Source of the DNA: Cystobasidiomycetes sp. EMM_F5
Lineage: Eukaryota
Assembly (NCBI GenBank): GCA_051047955.1
Contig: JBPGPT010000002.1
Span: 682,001 to 746,000 of the forward strand
Reading direction: 5' to 3'
DNA length: 64,000 bases
The notes beneath the pieces are model-generated. The model saw only the letters and a program-made list of their open reading frames with translations, was not told the DNA's origin and searched no databases. Both the position numbers and the translations under genes were made by a program. Each line of letters opens with the position of its first letter. Positions within the stretch are counted from its first letter, which is position 1. Shown in pieces: positions 11,742 through 25,306 of the stretch.

Positions 11742-13134
11742 TCACCAGCCAGATGTCCGCAGCCCGCCGCCATTCGCGCCGAAACGCATTGCGCCTCTGC
11801 CTTTGTAGATCACAGGAGCTTCATCGTCATCGTTGTTGGATGCGCCATTTTCACGCTTTCGTCGTTTCTCGTTCTCGTCCTCGCGTTGTAACCTTTCCAG
11901 ATCGCGCCGCCGACGTTCTAGTCTCTGCCTCTCCTCTTCTTCTTGCAGAGCACGTTCAGCTTCCTCTCGCTGTTTCGCCTCCCGCTCTTCAGTTGCCAGG
12001 CGTTCCTTCGTTGCGAGGGAGGGCGATCGTTCCGCTCGTCTCCTCCGCTTCTCTTCCTTACGCGCTCGCTTGGCTGCCCGCTTCTCCTCTTTGCGCGCAG
12101 CCTTGCGTTTTTTCTTTCGCCTGCGCTCTTCGTCCGTGTCGGAGGCAGACGCATCAGAAGAGCCAGATCGAGACGGACTCCGCGAACGAGATGAGGATTG
12201 AGACGGGGTCCGCGAAACTGACCTTCCACGAGGCGGCGCAGCTGCTACATCAGGCTTCTTACGCAACTCCAACTCGCCGCAGTGAATGATCTGAACCGGC
12301 GATAATGGCTTGTCTTTGCCATCCACAGAGACTTTGGCGATTGACTGGATGACTGTCAAGGACTTAGGTCCGACGATTCGTCCGAATACGACATGTTTGC
12401 CATTCAGGTGCGGACAGGCGGTCAAGGTGATGAAAAATTGGGATCTGGTGAAGTGAAGATTGTCAATGCTTTATGCTTGACAAGGACGCAACGTATTTAC
12501 CCGTTTGTGTTTGAGCCCTTGTTGGCCATGACTAATAGCCCTTCAGAGTCGACAGGTTTCGTCATGTCCTCGTCATCAAAGTTTGTACTGTCTGTTGACG
12601 AATTGTAGTATATCGATTCCCCGCCTGTTCCGTTTCGCTTTGTAAAATCGCCGCCTGAGGAGGTGTACTTTTAAGGACATGGTTGATTGCATTAGAATCT
12701 GCTTGTAGATACCTTGGACCATGAATTCGTCGATGACACGATGCAATATGCTGCCTATTTGTAGGAAGAACGTCAGCACTGTCCGAAGCTTCTATACAAA
12801 TACCAGTAATTGACCTTTGTAATGCAGCAGCTTTCCGCTCTTCTTGCTGGCACCCAACTCGCCCGTACATAACGCACGGAAACTGTTTGATGCGGTCGAA
12901 CCCTTCAGCTTCGAACAACCTGAACATCTGCCAGGAAAACCCACTTTTCAGCTGTTCGTGGGACAGCGTCTGCAAACAGCTCAAAGACGACACTGTAGTC
13001 GTTATGCGAGTGTGTCAGTAGGAATGGTCAAATTGTCGTTTTCGCTGGATCCGGCCTCAGCAGCCCTTTTCGACTGACCGTCCGAGACTCTGCTCGCCGT
13101 GCGCAAAGTCCATAAAGCATCTTGGGTTCGGCAT
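11742..13134 (-). CDS. Cyclophilin-type peptidyl-prolyl isomerase with RS/charged C-terminal tail (PPIG/SR-cyclophilin-like)
   Basis: Spliced: [58 protein letters not shown], then SRSRSPSRS and KR/E-rich tail ending YKGRGAMRF. Confidence 0.85.
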
Positions 13135-13370
13135 GCTTCAGATTCAGCATTCAGTATGGCCAGCAGCAAAGACACAGACGGGAACATGTCTAGGCTATTT
13201 CGATCGCGATATTGGCGACACAACGAAGGACAGCCTGATGTACTGTTACACGCTGAACGCACTGAATAGGCCACACACAAACATGCTGGTTTGAAGATAA
13301 CGAATGAGATACCGTAGAGAACGGATCGATGTATAGATGCTATTGAGGACCGAGTGAGTAGACTGCGATA

Positions 13371-15344
13371 TCAATGCGCACGCTCGGCACGTTCCAAGTC
13401 CCTTTCGTGCGACTTCTGCAACATTACATTGTGGTCAGTGAAGCTCGACGTAATACGTTCATGCTTACGCACCCGCTGCAAGTCGATTTCGTATTTTTGG
13501 ATGGGTTTAGCGTCTTCGTCGAAGCTCTCCACACTCGCGAAGGGTGGTGCCGTCGGCCGACCATTGTGTCGACCAGTGAAGCTCACTCGGGCTTTCTTCG
13601 GTGGTGTCGTCATGAAGGCGTTCACCTCCTTGGTCAAATCGGAATGTGCGGGCGATCCTGGCGAATAGTCCTGAGCGACCATGACGTCTGTACGAGCCAT
13701 GATGGGTGCCAAAGGACCAGCCAGTTTGAAGACACCCGGTCCCCCTTTCTTGTTACGCATGGCCGTGCCGTTCGGGTACTTGATAGTAACCTCCTGCGTT
13801 GCTTTCGTGAAGGCTTTCAATGAGAGCACAAGTCTGAACAGGGAGCTGCCACATCAGCTATCTAGAGAACATCACTTGATAAGCCTCCATCATACCTGCA
13901 GCACATCAGACTGCTCAGACCAAGCGAGGCGAAGGCGTTGATGCTTTGCATGGCTGCAATAGGTTGCAGGTAAAATGCGGCAGATAGAAGGTTGACTGAT
14001 GCCGTCACGAAGAAGTAGAGCAGACTATGGTGATACCGTTAGTCGACCTGACTCATAGATTGCGATGCCTTATCCTACCCGTCTCGGACGAAAACCCGCA
14101 AGAGTCCACTGACAGTCCCCTCCTTCGCAATGCTCACAGCCTTGTACATACTGATAGCAGTCAGGATAGTGTCTGGGACATATTCCTCAGGATCCGCATA
14201 TGGCAGTCATATGACACCATGACCCACCGACGATGAAGGGTGATAGCTGAACAGGCTAACGTCAGATTGCTCCTGCTGTCAAGTTCGACTCCACCACGCT
14301 TACGAAATATGCAAAATTGGGCCCTTTTCCGCCGGAGGTGCTGGTTGCTAGACATACAGAGCCAGGTTAGCTGCATTGAGACACCGAAATCCTGGCTTAC
14401 GAAGACATGGACCGATGACACCCTCCGGGAGTGTGGCTACAGAGGGATAAATCGTCAGTCTATCATCCCTTAGAGGCAACAACACGCCTTACGCTGCAGT
14501 ACAATAGACGCCTGAAACAAGGTACATCAGTAAACGCATGCAGCGTTGTAACAAGACGGCGACTCACCCAGATCAAGAACACCAGCTCGATGGTAAGTAG
14601 CAAGCATATGAGGCAGCCGACCTGTCGATGTAGGTCAGTCAACCATTACAATCAATTCGTAAAAGGACACTGTATCCACCCAACGCGCTCGTTCCCAGAT
14701 GGCAAAAGCTCGCATGGCAAGGATGCCTTCAGTGCTCATTGTAATGATGCCTGTTGTGTGCCGTCAGGTGATGGTCTTCGCAAAGTAAACAGTCTGTATG
14801 CTTACCGCAGAAGCTGCGTAAAGGTGTGGAAGAATGACGAGTCGCTGAGTTAGCACGATAGCGCTGAGTGTATGGGCATTTGACTGAACATACGCCGACT
14901 GCCGATGATGTAAAGTGGTAAAGTCTCAGCTTAATAAGACCGAATTGTCAAGTTTCATTTGCAACTCACGATGAGATTGACGACACGGCTGCATGAGGCA
15001 TAGGTAATGTTCATAGTGAACATTGCCAGCGAGAATCCAAGAGCCGCTATAGTCCAGTAACTGTTACGTCCTCTATCAGCGCGCCAATTTCGCCTAATTG
15101 TCTTTGACTATCGCTTACCGAGAAAGAAGATAAAGCAGCTACGAAGAACAGTGATCTCAGCTTAATGCCGTCCATGTACTTGGAGCAGGGGTAGATCTTC
15201 TACCTTTACCAAACCCCACTGTGTTTTCCAGATGACCTTCCACTCTTCGCTTAGGCACAAAAGCCAGTCCCAAAGCACTACAGCGTATATGGCCGCTGCA
15301 TATATCTGCGTAATCTTGATGAGTTCTTCTGCGGAAGCAACCAT
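13371..15344 (-). CDS. Fungal multi-TM membrane protein (DUF6533-type N-terminus), many short exons
   Basis: AIYAVVLWDWLLCLSEEWKVIWK start; later exons LLRVFVRDG, LLYFFVTASVNLLSAAF, LSSLMCCRLVLSLK join to the 13371-13829 ORF as a cytoplasmic tail. Confidence 0.75.
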
Positions 15345-16168
15345 CTTTCTGGTATGAAATGCTGTTAATCTGTGCGAAGGGAAACGTATGGAAGGATGAA
15401 GGTGGAGAGCGGAGTCAATGAATAGAGTCAGCAGATAGAGAGTCAAGAGTAGATTCTAGCGCTGTTACTCTTTATACGGAAGGCAGGAGTCTCGTCAGCG
15501 GGAAATGGCATTCATCGGGGACAGGATTGACGCCTCATCAGTGACCTTCCCGTGTCTCAACGACTGGATTTAGGTTACCGCGCGCAGAAATTTATTCACA
15601 AAAGCAGGTCAGACAACTAGACGCCTCGATTCTGGAAGTCCGGAGTCGTAAAACTCGCGTAAAGGAGGCGTTCAACACGCTGAGGCGGCTCCGGTAACCG
15701 CTTGCGGAAACCTTAATAGGAGAGAACGCGTTTGTCACTCGCATCAAGCGGTGATGGGAAGTCGTTGCGAATCGTAGATGCTGTGAGGAAACGCTTGCGT
15801 TAAGCGCTGAAAGAACGGACGGACGGAGCGCCGGACGTCCGAACTCACAACGGCTCGAAACGACAAGACTTCTCAGACGCCTCGCTTCTCGTATCAGGCC
15901 TTTTCAAGTCGCGTTTCATGCGAACGCATGAGTCAGTGAGCACACCAGCAAGAACGGGTTCTCCCTGGCGTCACAAGAGCAAGAACACTTGGGCGACTCA
16001 TAGATCGTTGTGCAGGAGGAGAAGGCAGTTCCATTTTGGTCAATCCGCAAGCATTTCATGCTAATGTTGGTGTTCATGCATAAGTGTTAAGTTCAAGATA
16101 TGAAATTCGAATAATTAGGCTGGCACACAAAAGGTTGGGACTCGGAATTGAGAACAGAATCTCGCGAT

Positions 16169-17453
16169 CTATGCTGCAGCCGGGCCCTGTCAACGGTGTC
16201 AGAATGCAATGCAAATCGAGCTGAGGTACGTATCTACCTTTTGAGACTTCTGTCCCTTGTGATTGAAACCCTGGAAGTGAGTAGCGCCGACGCTCCAGTG
16301 GCCCGACTGCAGCTGAAGCTGCTCGTATGGTACACCTCGCATGGCCCACAGGCTGTTCGCTTAGGTCAGCCGGTGTATGGGCCTGCACGAGAGTCACCTT
16401 ACTGGAATAGCAGGAAGCACGGCTTTGCGAGTAAGTCTAGGCAGCCGTAAAAGACAGCTTCGGCATTGGTGCTAATCACGTTCCCGCCTTCGCACAGTCC
16501 CCAAGCTGGAAGAAAAGATGTCTTAGTGTTAAGAACATTTCTATGACACAATGTCAGAGACTCACCGACAGGGTATAGAAGCCATAATCCTGCCAAAACG
16601 AGCATTGAGGACACGTACGCCGAGTGTGCGTGATATCCGATAAGCTTGGCAGTCGTACGGGCTGGTCCAAGCAGCACGTAGAGTACGAAGAAGAGCGCAA
16701 CGCAACTGCCTGTGAAGTATGCCCATTTGTACGAGGATGGAACTAGGGCGCCGATGAGACCTCCGACTATCATGACGAGCTGTGGACGTGTGATCGTTAG
16801 TGATCTGCGGAGACTGCCAAAGCCTGTCAGAAACCTACATCAAAGAATATGGTGATCATTATGTATGACAGAGGCAAGCCCGTTGCGAGGAGTAGTTCCA
16901 GTAACAGCAGTGGAGTGGCTGCCGAAGACAGTGTAACGTCAACAGGTCTCTCCCCTCATTGCACAATGACGTCCGACGTACTTATTGCCCAGTCAATGTA
17001 TCGCACGTACCATATCGATCGAGTGTACGGGTTGATTGCTGTATTAGTCTGTATGGAATCGTGCACTTCAGATACGTCTGCGCATCAATAAGTCGGGCAG
17101 CACTTACAAAGAGGTCGGATTTATATCTGACAAATTCGACGTAGACGGCCGTCGAGCCGAGATCTGAGGCCATTGAAAAGTAGGCGACGCTTGCTGTAAA
17201 CAGGATCGCTACGCCGATTGTATGAAAGGCGCGCTTTCCCTCTGTCGGAATACCAATGTATAAATAGACCATCAAACTTCGTTGACTGAAAGACTGGGAA
17301 GCGCTACATACCCGGTACAGTGATGAGCCAGGCCGATGTACCGAGTCCTGTCGCAAACATGACCGCAAACACGGCCCACAGGAAGTCGGAGCCTGCGTCC
17401 GTGAGGTCGGCATTGGCTGTGCGGGGATTCGCCTGGAAGACGGAGCTGGACAT
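16169..17453 (-). CDS. Fungal microbial (type 1) rhodopsin/opsin, ORP/CarO-like, with retinal-binding Lys
   Basis: Spliced helix C RYIDWAITTPLLLLEL, helix F LWLLYP, helix G FYGCLDLLAKP; N-terminal NPRTANADLTDAGSDFLWAVF. Confidence 0.92.
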
Positions 17454-17948
17454 GGTGTCAAAGATGACAGCTTTCAAGCAAAGTTGTACAAGATTAGTTG
17501 AAAGCAGCAGTCGAACCTGGCTGTCGGGAAGTTCGGAGTGTACTTTTCTCGCTCGGGCAGGCCGCTTCTGCTGGATCTATGACGTGAAGACGCCAGCGCC
17601 CTGATCGAATGCAATATAGGCAAGAGAGTACATATGGATTAAAGCGTCGTTATCGGTGAATGTATTGGCATGCAAGAGCTCCAGTTGATGGACAAAAGAT
17701 CTGGCTTCGGAGTCCAGTAGATGAATCAGGCTGTATTTCTCAATTTCAAGCTGGTTCGAGCGCAGTTTACGGACTGGGAGAGAGGTTAAATGATTAAGAA
17801 GGCTGCGGGAGGAAAGACTGAGCGTCAGAAGCTCGTCGAGCAACGCAGTGTACGAGTACAATCATCAATGTCCTAGAAATTGGACAGGCAGGACGATGTC
17901 ATTATCAGATAATCAAAAGGGTGCTACTGTTTCAGCTTTCGTGCAAAC

Positions 17949-20722
17949 ATGGTCCAGCATCGGCTCTTCCTGGATGAGCCTGACAATGAACATGCTCGAG
18001 GCGTTAGCTACGCTGACACGCAGTCAGCCGTCAGCTATCCGATAGCTTCGACATCGACGGCGATTTTGCCGAGTAATGTTACATCGGCCAATGGCTCAAC
18101 GCCAGTATTCAAGAAGCGAAAGGCCAAGAAGTCTTCCGTCGATGGCACGTCTGCAGTTGCCAACGGCGCTGGCAATGGCCGTGTTGAGCATTCCAGCAAA
18201 CGGGTTCGAACATTTTACGAAGATGCTGAACGAGACGACGAGGACGACATGCGACACGCTGGAAACAGCAAAGGCCCGTCAATACCCGCATCGAATGTGC
18301 CGGTGAATGGCGAACACAACAGCAAAGAGACCAAGCAGAAGCAACGAGCCGAAAGGAAAGCTAGAGCTGATCATCTGATGCCCGCACGGCAAAAACTGCC
18401 AGTTTGGCACGCAAAAGATAGTATACTGGAGGAGATTGAGAAGCTCGATACGGTGATAGTTTTGGGCGAGACTGGCTCGGGAAAAACCACTCGTGAGCCG
18501 CCCCTGTCCTCTTTCAGGTCTTTCAGTAATGCGACACTGACGGCAAATCATACATGCAGAAATACCCCAATTCCTCCTCAACTCTCGTATTTGCCGACCG
18601 CAACCGCGAATTGTAGTCACTCAGCCTAGAAGAGTGGCCGCAACCTCACTAGCCCGTCGTGTGGCTGAAGAATGTGGATGTGCACTGGGAAGCCTTGTTG
18701 GATACACTGTCCGTTTCGACGATTGTTCATCAGACAAGACACGTTTAAAATACGTGACAGACGGTACTCTCCTACAGGAGATTCTGTCAGACAAATTGCT
18801 CGAGGCCTATGACATTGTCATCATCGACGAAGCGCACGAGCGAACATTGCGAACAGACATGATACTTGGCTTTCTGAAGCAAATTCAGCGGCGCAGGAAA
18901 GAGATGGCAAGGACTGGCGAGAGGGCTGCCGAGTCTCAGCAACAGGTGGGACCGCTTAAGATCATCGTCATGAGCGCTACCCTGGATGCACAGCGATTCA
19001 GTCAATTTTACGACGAGTGAGTTACATTTGCTTATTGAACGAAAAGCTTGCTGACATCCGTATCTCACAGTGCGAAAGTGCTTTATGTCAAAGGACGTGA
19101 ATTCAAAGTCTCCACCCTATACCTTGATCAGCCTCCACAGGACTACATTGAAGCAGCGACCAAGACGATATTTCAGATACACTACAAAACTCGTCCGGGC
19201 GATATCCTCGTCTTCATGTCTGGTCAGGATGACATTGAAGCACTGCGTGCACAGCTGGAGAGCTACCTTCCGAGCCTCGACCCGCAAAAGCAGCGCCTAC
19301 TGATATGTCCCCTGTATGCGCGACTCACACCAGCAGAGCAGAATAAGGCATTCAATATGGCTCCGCCAAATACACGAAAGATCATCCTCGCTACGAACGT
19401 CGCTGAAACGTCCATTACGATAAGCGGGATCTCTTGCGTAATCGACTGCGGGTTTGCAAAAGAAAAGACATATCATCCAACCTCCGGCGAGTACATCAGG
19501 GTGGTTCTTTCGTTTTTCAAATCTGAATGCTACACGCGCAGGTATGGATTCGTTGCTTCTGAGTCCGATTAGCAAATCCTCGGCCACACAGAGAGCGGGA
19601 CGAGCGGGACGCGAGGTATGTGTCAATCGTACTTCACAATAAATTACCGAGGGCTTACGCATACCATGCAGCGGGATGGGCAATGCTACCGCTTATATAC
19701 GGAGATAGATTATCACAAATTGCGACCGACAGTTCCTCCAGAAATCCAACGATGTAGTTTGGCCTTCGCTCTGCTGCACTTGAAAGCAGCTGGGCAAGAC
19801 GATGTTGCAAACTTCGACTATATGGATAAGCCAGCTGACGAAGCCAGTGAGTCTTTCATCCACATTTTCTGCTCTTCTTGACATGTATACTCCTTCATAG
19901 TCATTGCCGCACTGTACGAGCTGCACCAGCTGGGCGCGCTCGATGACAACGGGCATATCAGCCCAGCAGGAATCAAGATGGCAGCTCTGCCGCTTGAGCC
20001 GCGACATTCACGCTGCTTGCTGGCGTCAGTCGAGCTAGACTGTCCGCGGGAGATGATCGATCTACTGGCACTTTTGGGTTCTGCAGAACAGCTCATCAAC
20101 GTGCCGCATATTCATCGCGAGAATGCTGCACAAGTTCGATCAAAGTTCATTCACCGGACTGGCGACCACATGATGCTACTCAACATTCTTCGTGCTTTCG
20201 AAGACGTCTGTGCCAATAATCCTAGCAGGGCAGAACAAAAGCAATGGTGCCAAGAACATTTCTTGTCGCTCAAGGTCTTGAATCAGGTTTTGGATGCTCG
20301 CAAGCAGTTGAGAGAGCGTGCTCAACGGCTTGGTATCGACTGGAAGGTCAGCGTCGGCGAGGACGACGAGCCGGTCCTTACAGCCCTGCTGCACGGGATG
20401 TCCAGCAATACAGCGATGCGCTTACCAGACAACTCATATAGGAGGACCAACGGTGCCATGGTGAGTGACAGCGCCGCCTGTATCAGCCAATTCTGACGAG
20501 GTCACCTTAGCGAGTTAAAATACACCCCAGTTCTATTCTGCAAGGAAAGCGCCCCGACGCTTTAGTCTTCAGCGAACTAGTAAGTCATCCGCCAGTTTCA
20601 GCATAAAGCCGCTAACTCTGCTGTAGATCTATACCAGCAGCATCTATGTTAGGATCGTCTCATCAATACCGCTTATTTGGTTAAGAACCAAGACAGCTAT
20701 ACCTAACGGTAACAACACTTAG
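17949..20722 (+). CDS. DHR2: DEAH-box RNA helicase (Dhr2/DHX33-like)
   Basis: GETGSGKTT, DEAH, MSAT, ATNVAETSITI, QRAGRAGR motifs plus HA2/OB regions across about 7 exons; short N-terminus without S1 domain. Confidence 0.75.
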
Positions 20723-20801
20723 GACGGCTGCTGTATCTGATACTAGGGGCTGTAACGGAGTGTAAAGCTTGTCGACTGCCTACATGCATCATTTACTGTA
20801 G

Positions 20802-22285
20802 CTATACCAGATTGGCTACGTCAATGTTGACAAAGTCCGCCACGTCCCAGCCGGCCTCTGGCGTTCTGACAACACCGGCCGTGGCCAGAATCTGCAGAGT
20901 ATCCAAAATGACCTCTTTACGAACATCTTGAATGTTTTGAGGGTAATCAACGGTCTTTAGCCCTTTGAGCGAAGGGTAGGTTAGCGGGTTGGGTGGGTGC
21001 GCCCAGGAAGACCTTTGCGTACAGTTCCGGATATCCTCTTCAGGATACTTCAATGTCTTCTGAATGTATTGGATATTTTTGCCATCCTCCCTTGATTCCT
21101 TCGAGTTGAAATCTTGCACTTCCACATCGAGCCGCTGCAGAAACCTCGTAACTGTGGCATTGGGTACATCGGACCTTGCGACTATCGCCCAGCTGGGCCA
21201 TGGCGTGAGTACATTGCCAATGAAGCGGCACTCTGTTTGACTATGTTAGTCCCGGTGATTGCGTTGACGCGCACACATGTGTAATCGCCTCACCCCCTGA
21301 ATCTATATCTGGAGCTAGGATTTAGCACAAATCCTCACTTCTCCGCTAAACTTACATGGTTTCGTAGTGAACCTTTTGGTTTTTGTAAAATCAGTATGGA
21401 AATTACTTCGAGCCGTATAGCGGAGCCTCACCATTCCCATAGGAAAGCAGCCGTGCTGCCATTGTTCACGCCGTCTCGCAAATTCTAGCTCATGGTGTCA
21501 AACCCAGCTGCACGTCAGTTCATTTCATATCACACACCTTGAACGTGTCCTGAACTGTCGATTACGAGATGAGGGTCGCGCTCCTGTGTTTCGCATGTAA
21601 CATAGCTCACCGATAAAGTTTATGGGCTCGACGGTCTCCGTCTGTTCATCGGAGAACCACTTCTCCCGCAGAGCCATATAAGACGCGAAAATCTGCGAGC
21701 CGGAGCCTGGCCGTGACACGCCGATAGGCTTCCCACGCAAATCGCTGACAGACTGATATGGCGCATTTGCGCCTGTGATTACGGCCCTGTAATGGCGAGC
21801 GGCAGTGTCAGCTTCTCGGGTATTGATGTAGACGTTGTGTGATCTTGACAATGGATATACCAATTCAGGGGTGACGAGACATATTGACCAACAATCTTGT
21901 AGTCGGCGGCTTTTCGCACGATTCCAGCGATCAGCGATTCCGTCAATGCTACGGACTGCGAAGGAACACTTCACATCAATTGTCAAATCTCGCCAGCCGT
22001 CAGCTAATACCAATTTACAATGTCAATATCGCCGTCTTTCAGCTTCTGGATCATTTGTCCCGTTCCGCCTGTGAAGTTGTGGAAAGATGAGCATCCACAG
22101 TGCTGTGTTGTATTGTGCGATGTCCTCACTGGGACAGCTGACAATTTCAAAGTCATCATGCTTCTCTCCGAGCCATAATATGGGTGTCGAGAAATGCTAG
22201 AGCACCCACTTCAGCTCGTTCCAGCGCTTGTTGCCTACAAGCGCACCTCTGGGACATAGCCTACTCGCAACTTCTGAGGTGCCAT
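20802..22285 (-). CDS. Periplasmic-binding-protein fold protein (Ca3427-like / NMT1-THI5-like)
   Basis: Spliced MAPQKLRVGYVPEHFSTP..GGTGQMIQKLKDGDIDI..LTESLIAGI..YVSSPLNW..DLRGKPIGVSRPGSGSQ..AAFLWE. Confidence 0.85.
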
Positions 22286-22387
22286 GTTTGGGGATGGCAG
22301 CAATGGTGGAAGTCGTAAACAATTGGCAACGGCAATCAACGCGCTCGCCACTGTGACCCGCGTATAGTTCTGGCTCAAATATTGTTA

Positions 22388-24223
22388 CTACCACATAAAG
22401 CGCTGCCAGCCAGCCTCTGTTGGCCATCTAAAGGGGCGGTACAAGAAGAGATACAACGTTGCGAGATTCGTTGCAACATAGAGAGCATATTCCACTGCTA
22501 TCCTCCCTCTCTGCTTCGGCACTAGATGCAGGCGAAGCAGCACATATGGCAGAATGAAGTATCTGAACTCCAGTAGAGGTGATGGGATCACCGTGACAGC
22601 CGCTACGATTACAAAGACCACCGTAGACAGATTTGACCATATTCTCGCTTGACCTATGAAGCAAACGCCGCATCAGCACAATCGTTATGTGCAACGTCAA
22701 CTCGAGCCTACGGATAGCACGGTAGAGTATGCTGTAGCACACCGTGTATGCTGGAGCCAAGAGGTATCGAGCATGCGGATGGAAATTCAGCAACCGTCGC
22801 CATACATAGAATGGATAGTGTCGGTTGTCTGCCAGAAGGAAAGGATGGACGACGCTACATATGCAAAGCTCAGCTCATCCTTCTGTTTGAAATACAGCGC
22901 TTACGTGAAGCGCTGTATGGTCCACACGATGAAAGCGGTCGCCAGACCGGATGCGAGTATGCGGCTACGATATCATCAAAATGCGATATCATGGCTGTCG
23001 CAGTATGCACATACCTGGGACTGCACAATAGCGAGGCCACGGCTTGCCGGATATTTCGTGTACCGAGAAGTAGTGGAGCGAGGAACGCCGAAGAAAAGAA
23101 TGCAAAGTAATGAAGTTGCACAGCGTGAATGACTGCGACGTGCATGGTCTTGTCGCCTGAACGAGCGAATGTTAGCACACGGGACAACATTCGGCTGCAG
23201 ATCGTCCTCGCCTAAAACAATCCCACCGTTCCACCTCAAGAATGCGCCAAAGCACACTGCTACCATGCCATATGCTGCTACTAGGGGTAGCGCGGCAGGT
23301 ACATTGGATAGGATTGATCTTACGAGCAGTAGTCCGGCTCGGAATAGGCCAGCTAAACTCGACTGGTCAGCCGAGGATCAACTTATTGCTGCAAAGGTAA
23401 CGTACTCAGGCTGTATTGAGACAGCACCTCGAGGTCTCTGACGTTCTCAATATGCGATGGCTGCAAGAGCCTTGCTTGAAGGGCAGTGAACGCAACGAAG
23501 GCGACCCAAAGAATGTTGGTCTGACGGAATAAGAGCGATACCAGGCCAATCTACGGAGAGTGTCAGAGCGCACCTCTCGACATGAACTCAAACGCATACT
23601 GCCGCAGATATCGTGTGCTTGCCGCTTAATGAGAATCGATACGACAGGAGAACCAAAGCGACGGAGGCGACGTCAGTATAATAGAGGAATGCAAAGAAGT
23701 AGAGGAGAGGAAAGGCAGAAATGACAGTGGCTTCAACGATGGGCCAGGATTGTACTGGTTGAATCGGCCGCCGTATCTTCCTGAGAATGTCGGCTAGAAG
23801 GAGTGGCAGAAACGCAACGATGATCGCATTGTTGGCTCGCAACGAAGATACCGAACACGTCGGCAGGTGCAGATACCGTCCAAATATTGCTGGCAGTATG
23901 TATCTGCACGAGGAGCAATATCAGAGTGGGGCTTCCGGACAACGCGTCGCGAGGAACAACAAACAAGCCCGGCGGTGTTGTCAGCTTTGCATCCCATACG
24001 TGCCAGCGGCCTTGACAGTAAGTTTGCGCTTGCGTTATGTGAAAGATCTCGTCCTGGGAGCGTGTTCAGTTGCGTCGGAAAGATCTGACCAGAAAGTTGT
24101 GCACACCATGTACGGTTCCGGCACAATTCGGTCAACATGGTTGTGAATCAACGCAACCACAGCAGCGTGAGCCAGCCAAACGATTGCCTGTGTCTTCCGC
24201 AAAGGAGGTCGGGCTCTCGACAT
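22388..24223 (-). CDS. ALG10: Dol-P-Glc alpha-1,2-glucosyltransferase
   Basis: [51 protein letters not shown] and terminal WQRFMW, all typical of DIE2/ALG10. Confidence 0.95.
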
Positions 24224-24399
24224 GGCAAGCGAGAAACCAAGGACTGTCAGGATATCCCATCTGCGTACTCGTACTTCGGCAAACAGCCTATGACAAGACG
24301 GCGTAATCCTCATATGATAATCTCGCTGCTAAACAACAAGCTCGTATAAGTTACGACGCTCAGGCTGTCTCGCCTTCCCTGATGTCCTATCTTGCGCGA

Positions 24400-25306
24400 C
24401 TACTCTACTCTTGCTAGATCCACTAGCCCCTTCAGAAGGCCTTTGACTTCCATGGTCCGCTGAATCGCATTATCGCGCAATACTTGCATGGGAGCAGACC
24501 CGCTGGTCGAGCCCGGTTTGTGTGATGTGGTGGAAGACACCTCAGCGAGGTAGAAGTTGTCGTCCAGCGGATCGTCTGTTGGCTGCGCGAATAGTCAGCC
24601 GTCGGGATACTTGCGTCGACAGATGTCAAACATTCTCACATGATACAGCCTATAAATCTGGACCTTAGTCAACCCGCCAGCCGAAGTGAAGAGATGACCT
24701 TTCCGCTTGAAAGTTGCACGACGACTGAGAGAGCGGACTTTAGCATACTATGGCGTGAGAGGTTCAAGTAGTAGTCTTGACCAATTGGCGACGTACTCTG
24801 AGTAGCCGAGAGCTACTGCCAAAGCGCTGGCATTGCCTTCAATGACGGGCGTTGATGCCAGTCCTCGAATGAGAACGTCTCCGTTCTCACGAACGGGTAC
24901 AGGTCGAGTCAGACTATCGAGAGACCTGAAAATGAAACATGAGCATCTTTTGTCTTCCGCTTGTAGATTCAACCTGCCCAGTCTCACCAAATCGTTTCAT
25001 CTTTGATTGTTAGATCCCGAACACGCAGAATATCATCATCGCGGACAGATTGCCCGACATCTTGATGGGCTGTAAGATGATAGAAACAGTCAGCTTGACC
25101 ATGTCGTCAGTCTAAGTCAGCACCTGGAACTAAAACAGACCTCGCGTCAGCACGTCTTCCACGAGCGTGTACTGGCATTCGTGCTGAGCGTAGGACCTCA
25201 GACGGCGGACAGTCTGCTCCAGCAGGCTCGCAGGCAGCTGGCCAACGACCGAGACCTGAAATATGCCTTGTATGGGTGAAGCGGCCGACGCGCTCTGCTG
25301 CGACAT
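24400..25306 (-). CDS. MED18: Mediator complex subunit 18 (Srb5)
   Basis: Not in the ORF track as a unit; spliced MSQQ..QVSVVGQL..ILRVRD..WSLDSLTRP..VLIR..EGNASALAVALGY..FKRKGHLF..YLAEV..EVKGLLKGLVDLARVE* resembles basidiomycete Med18. Confidence 0.7.
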
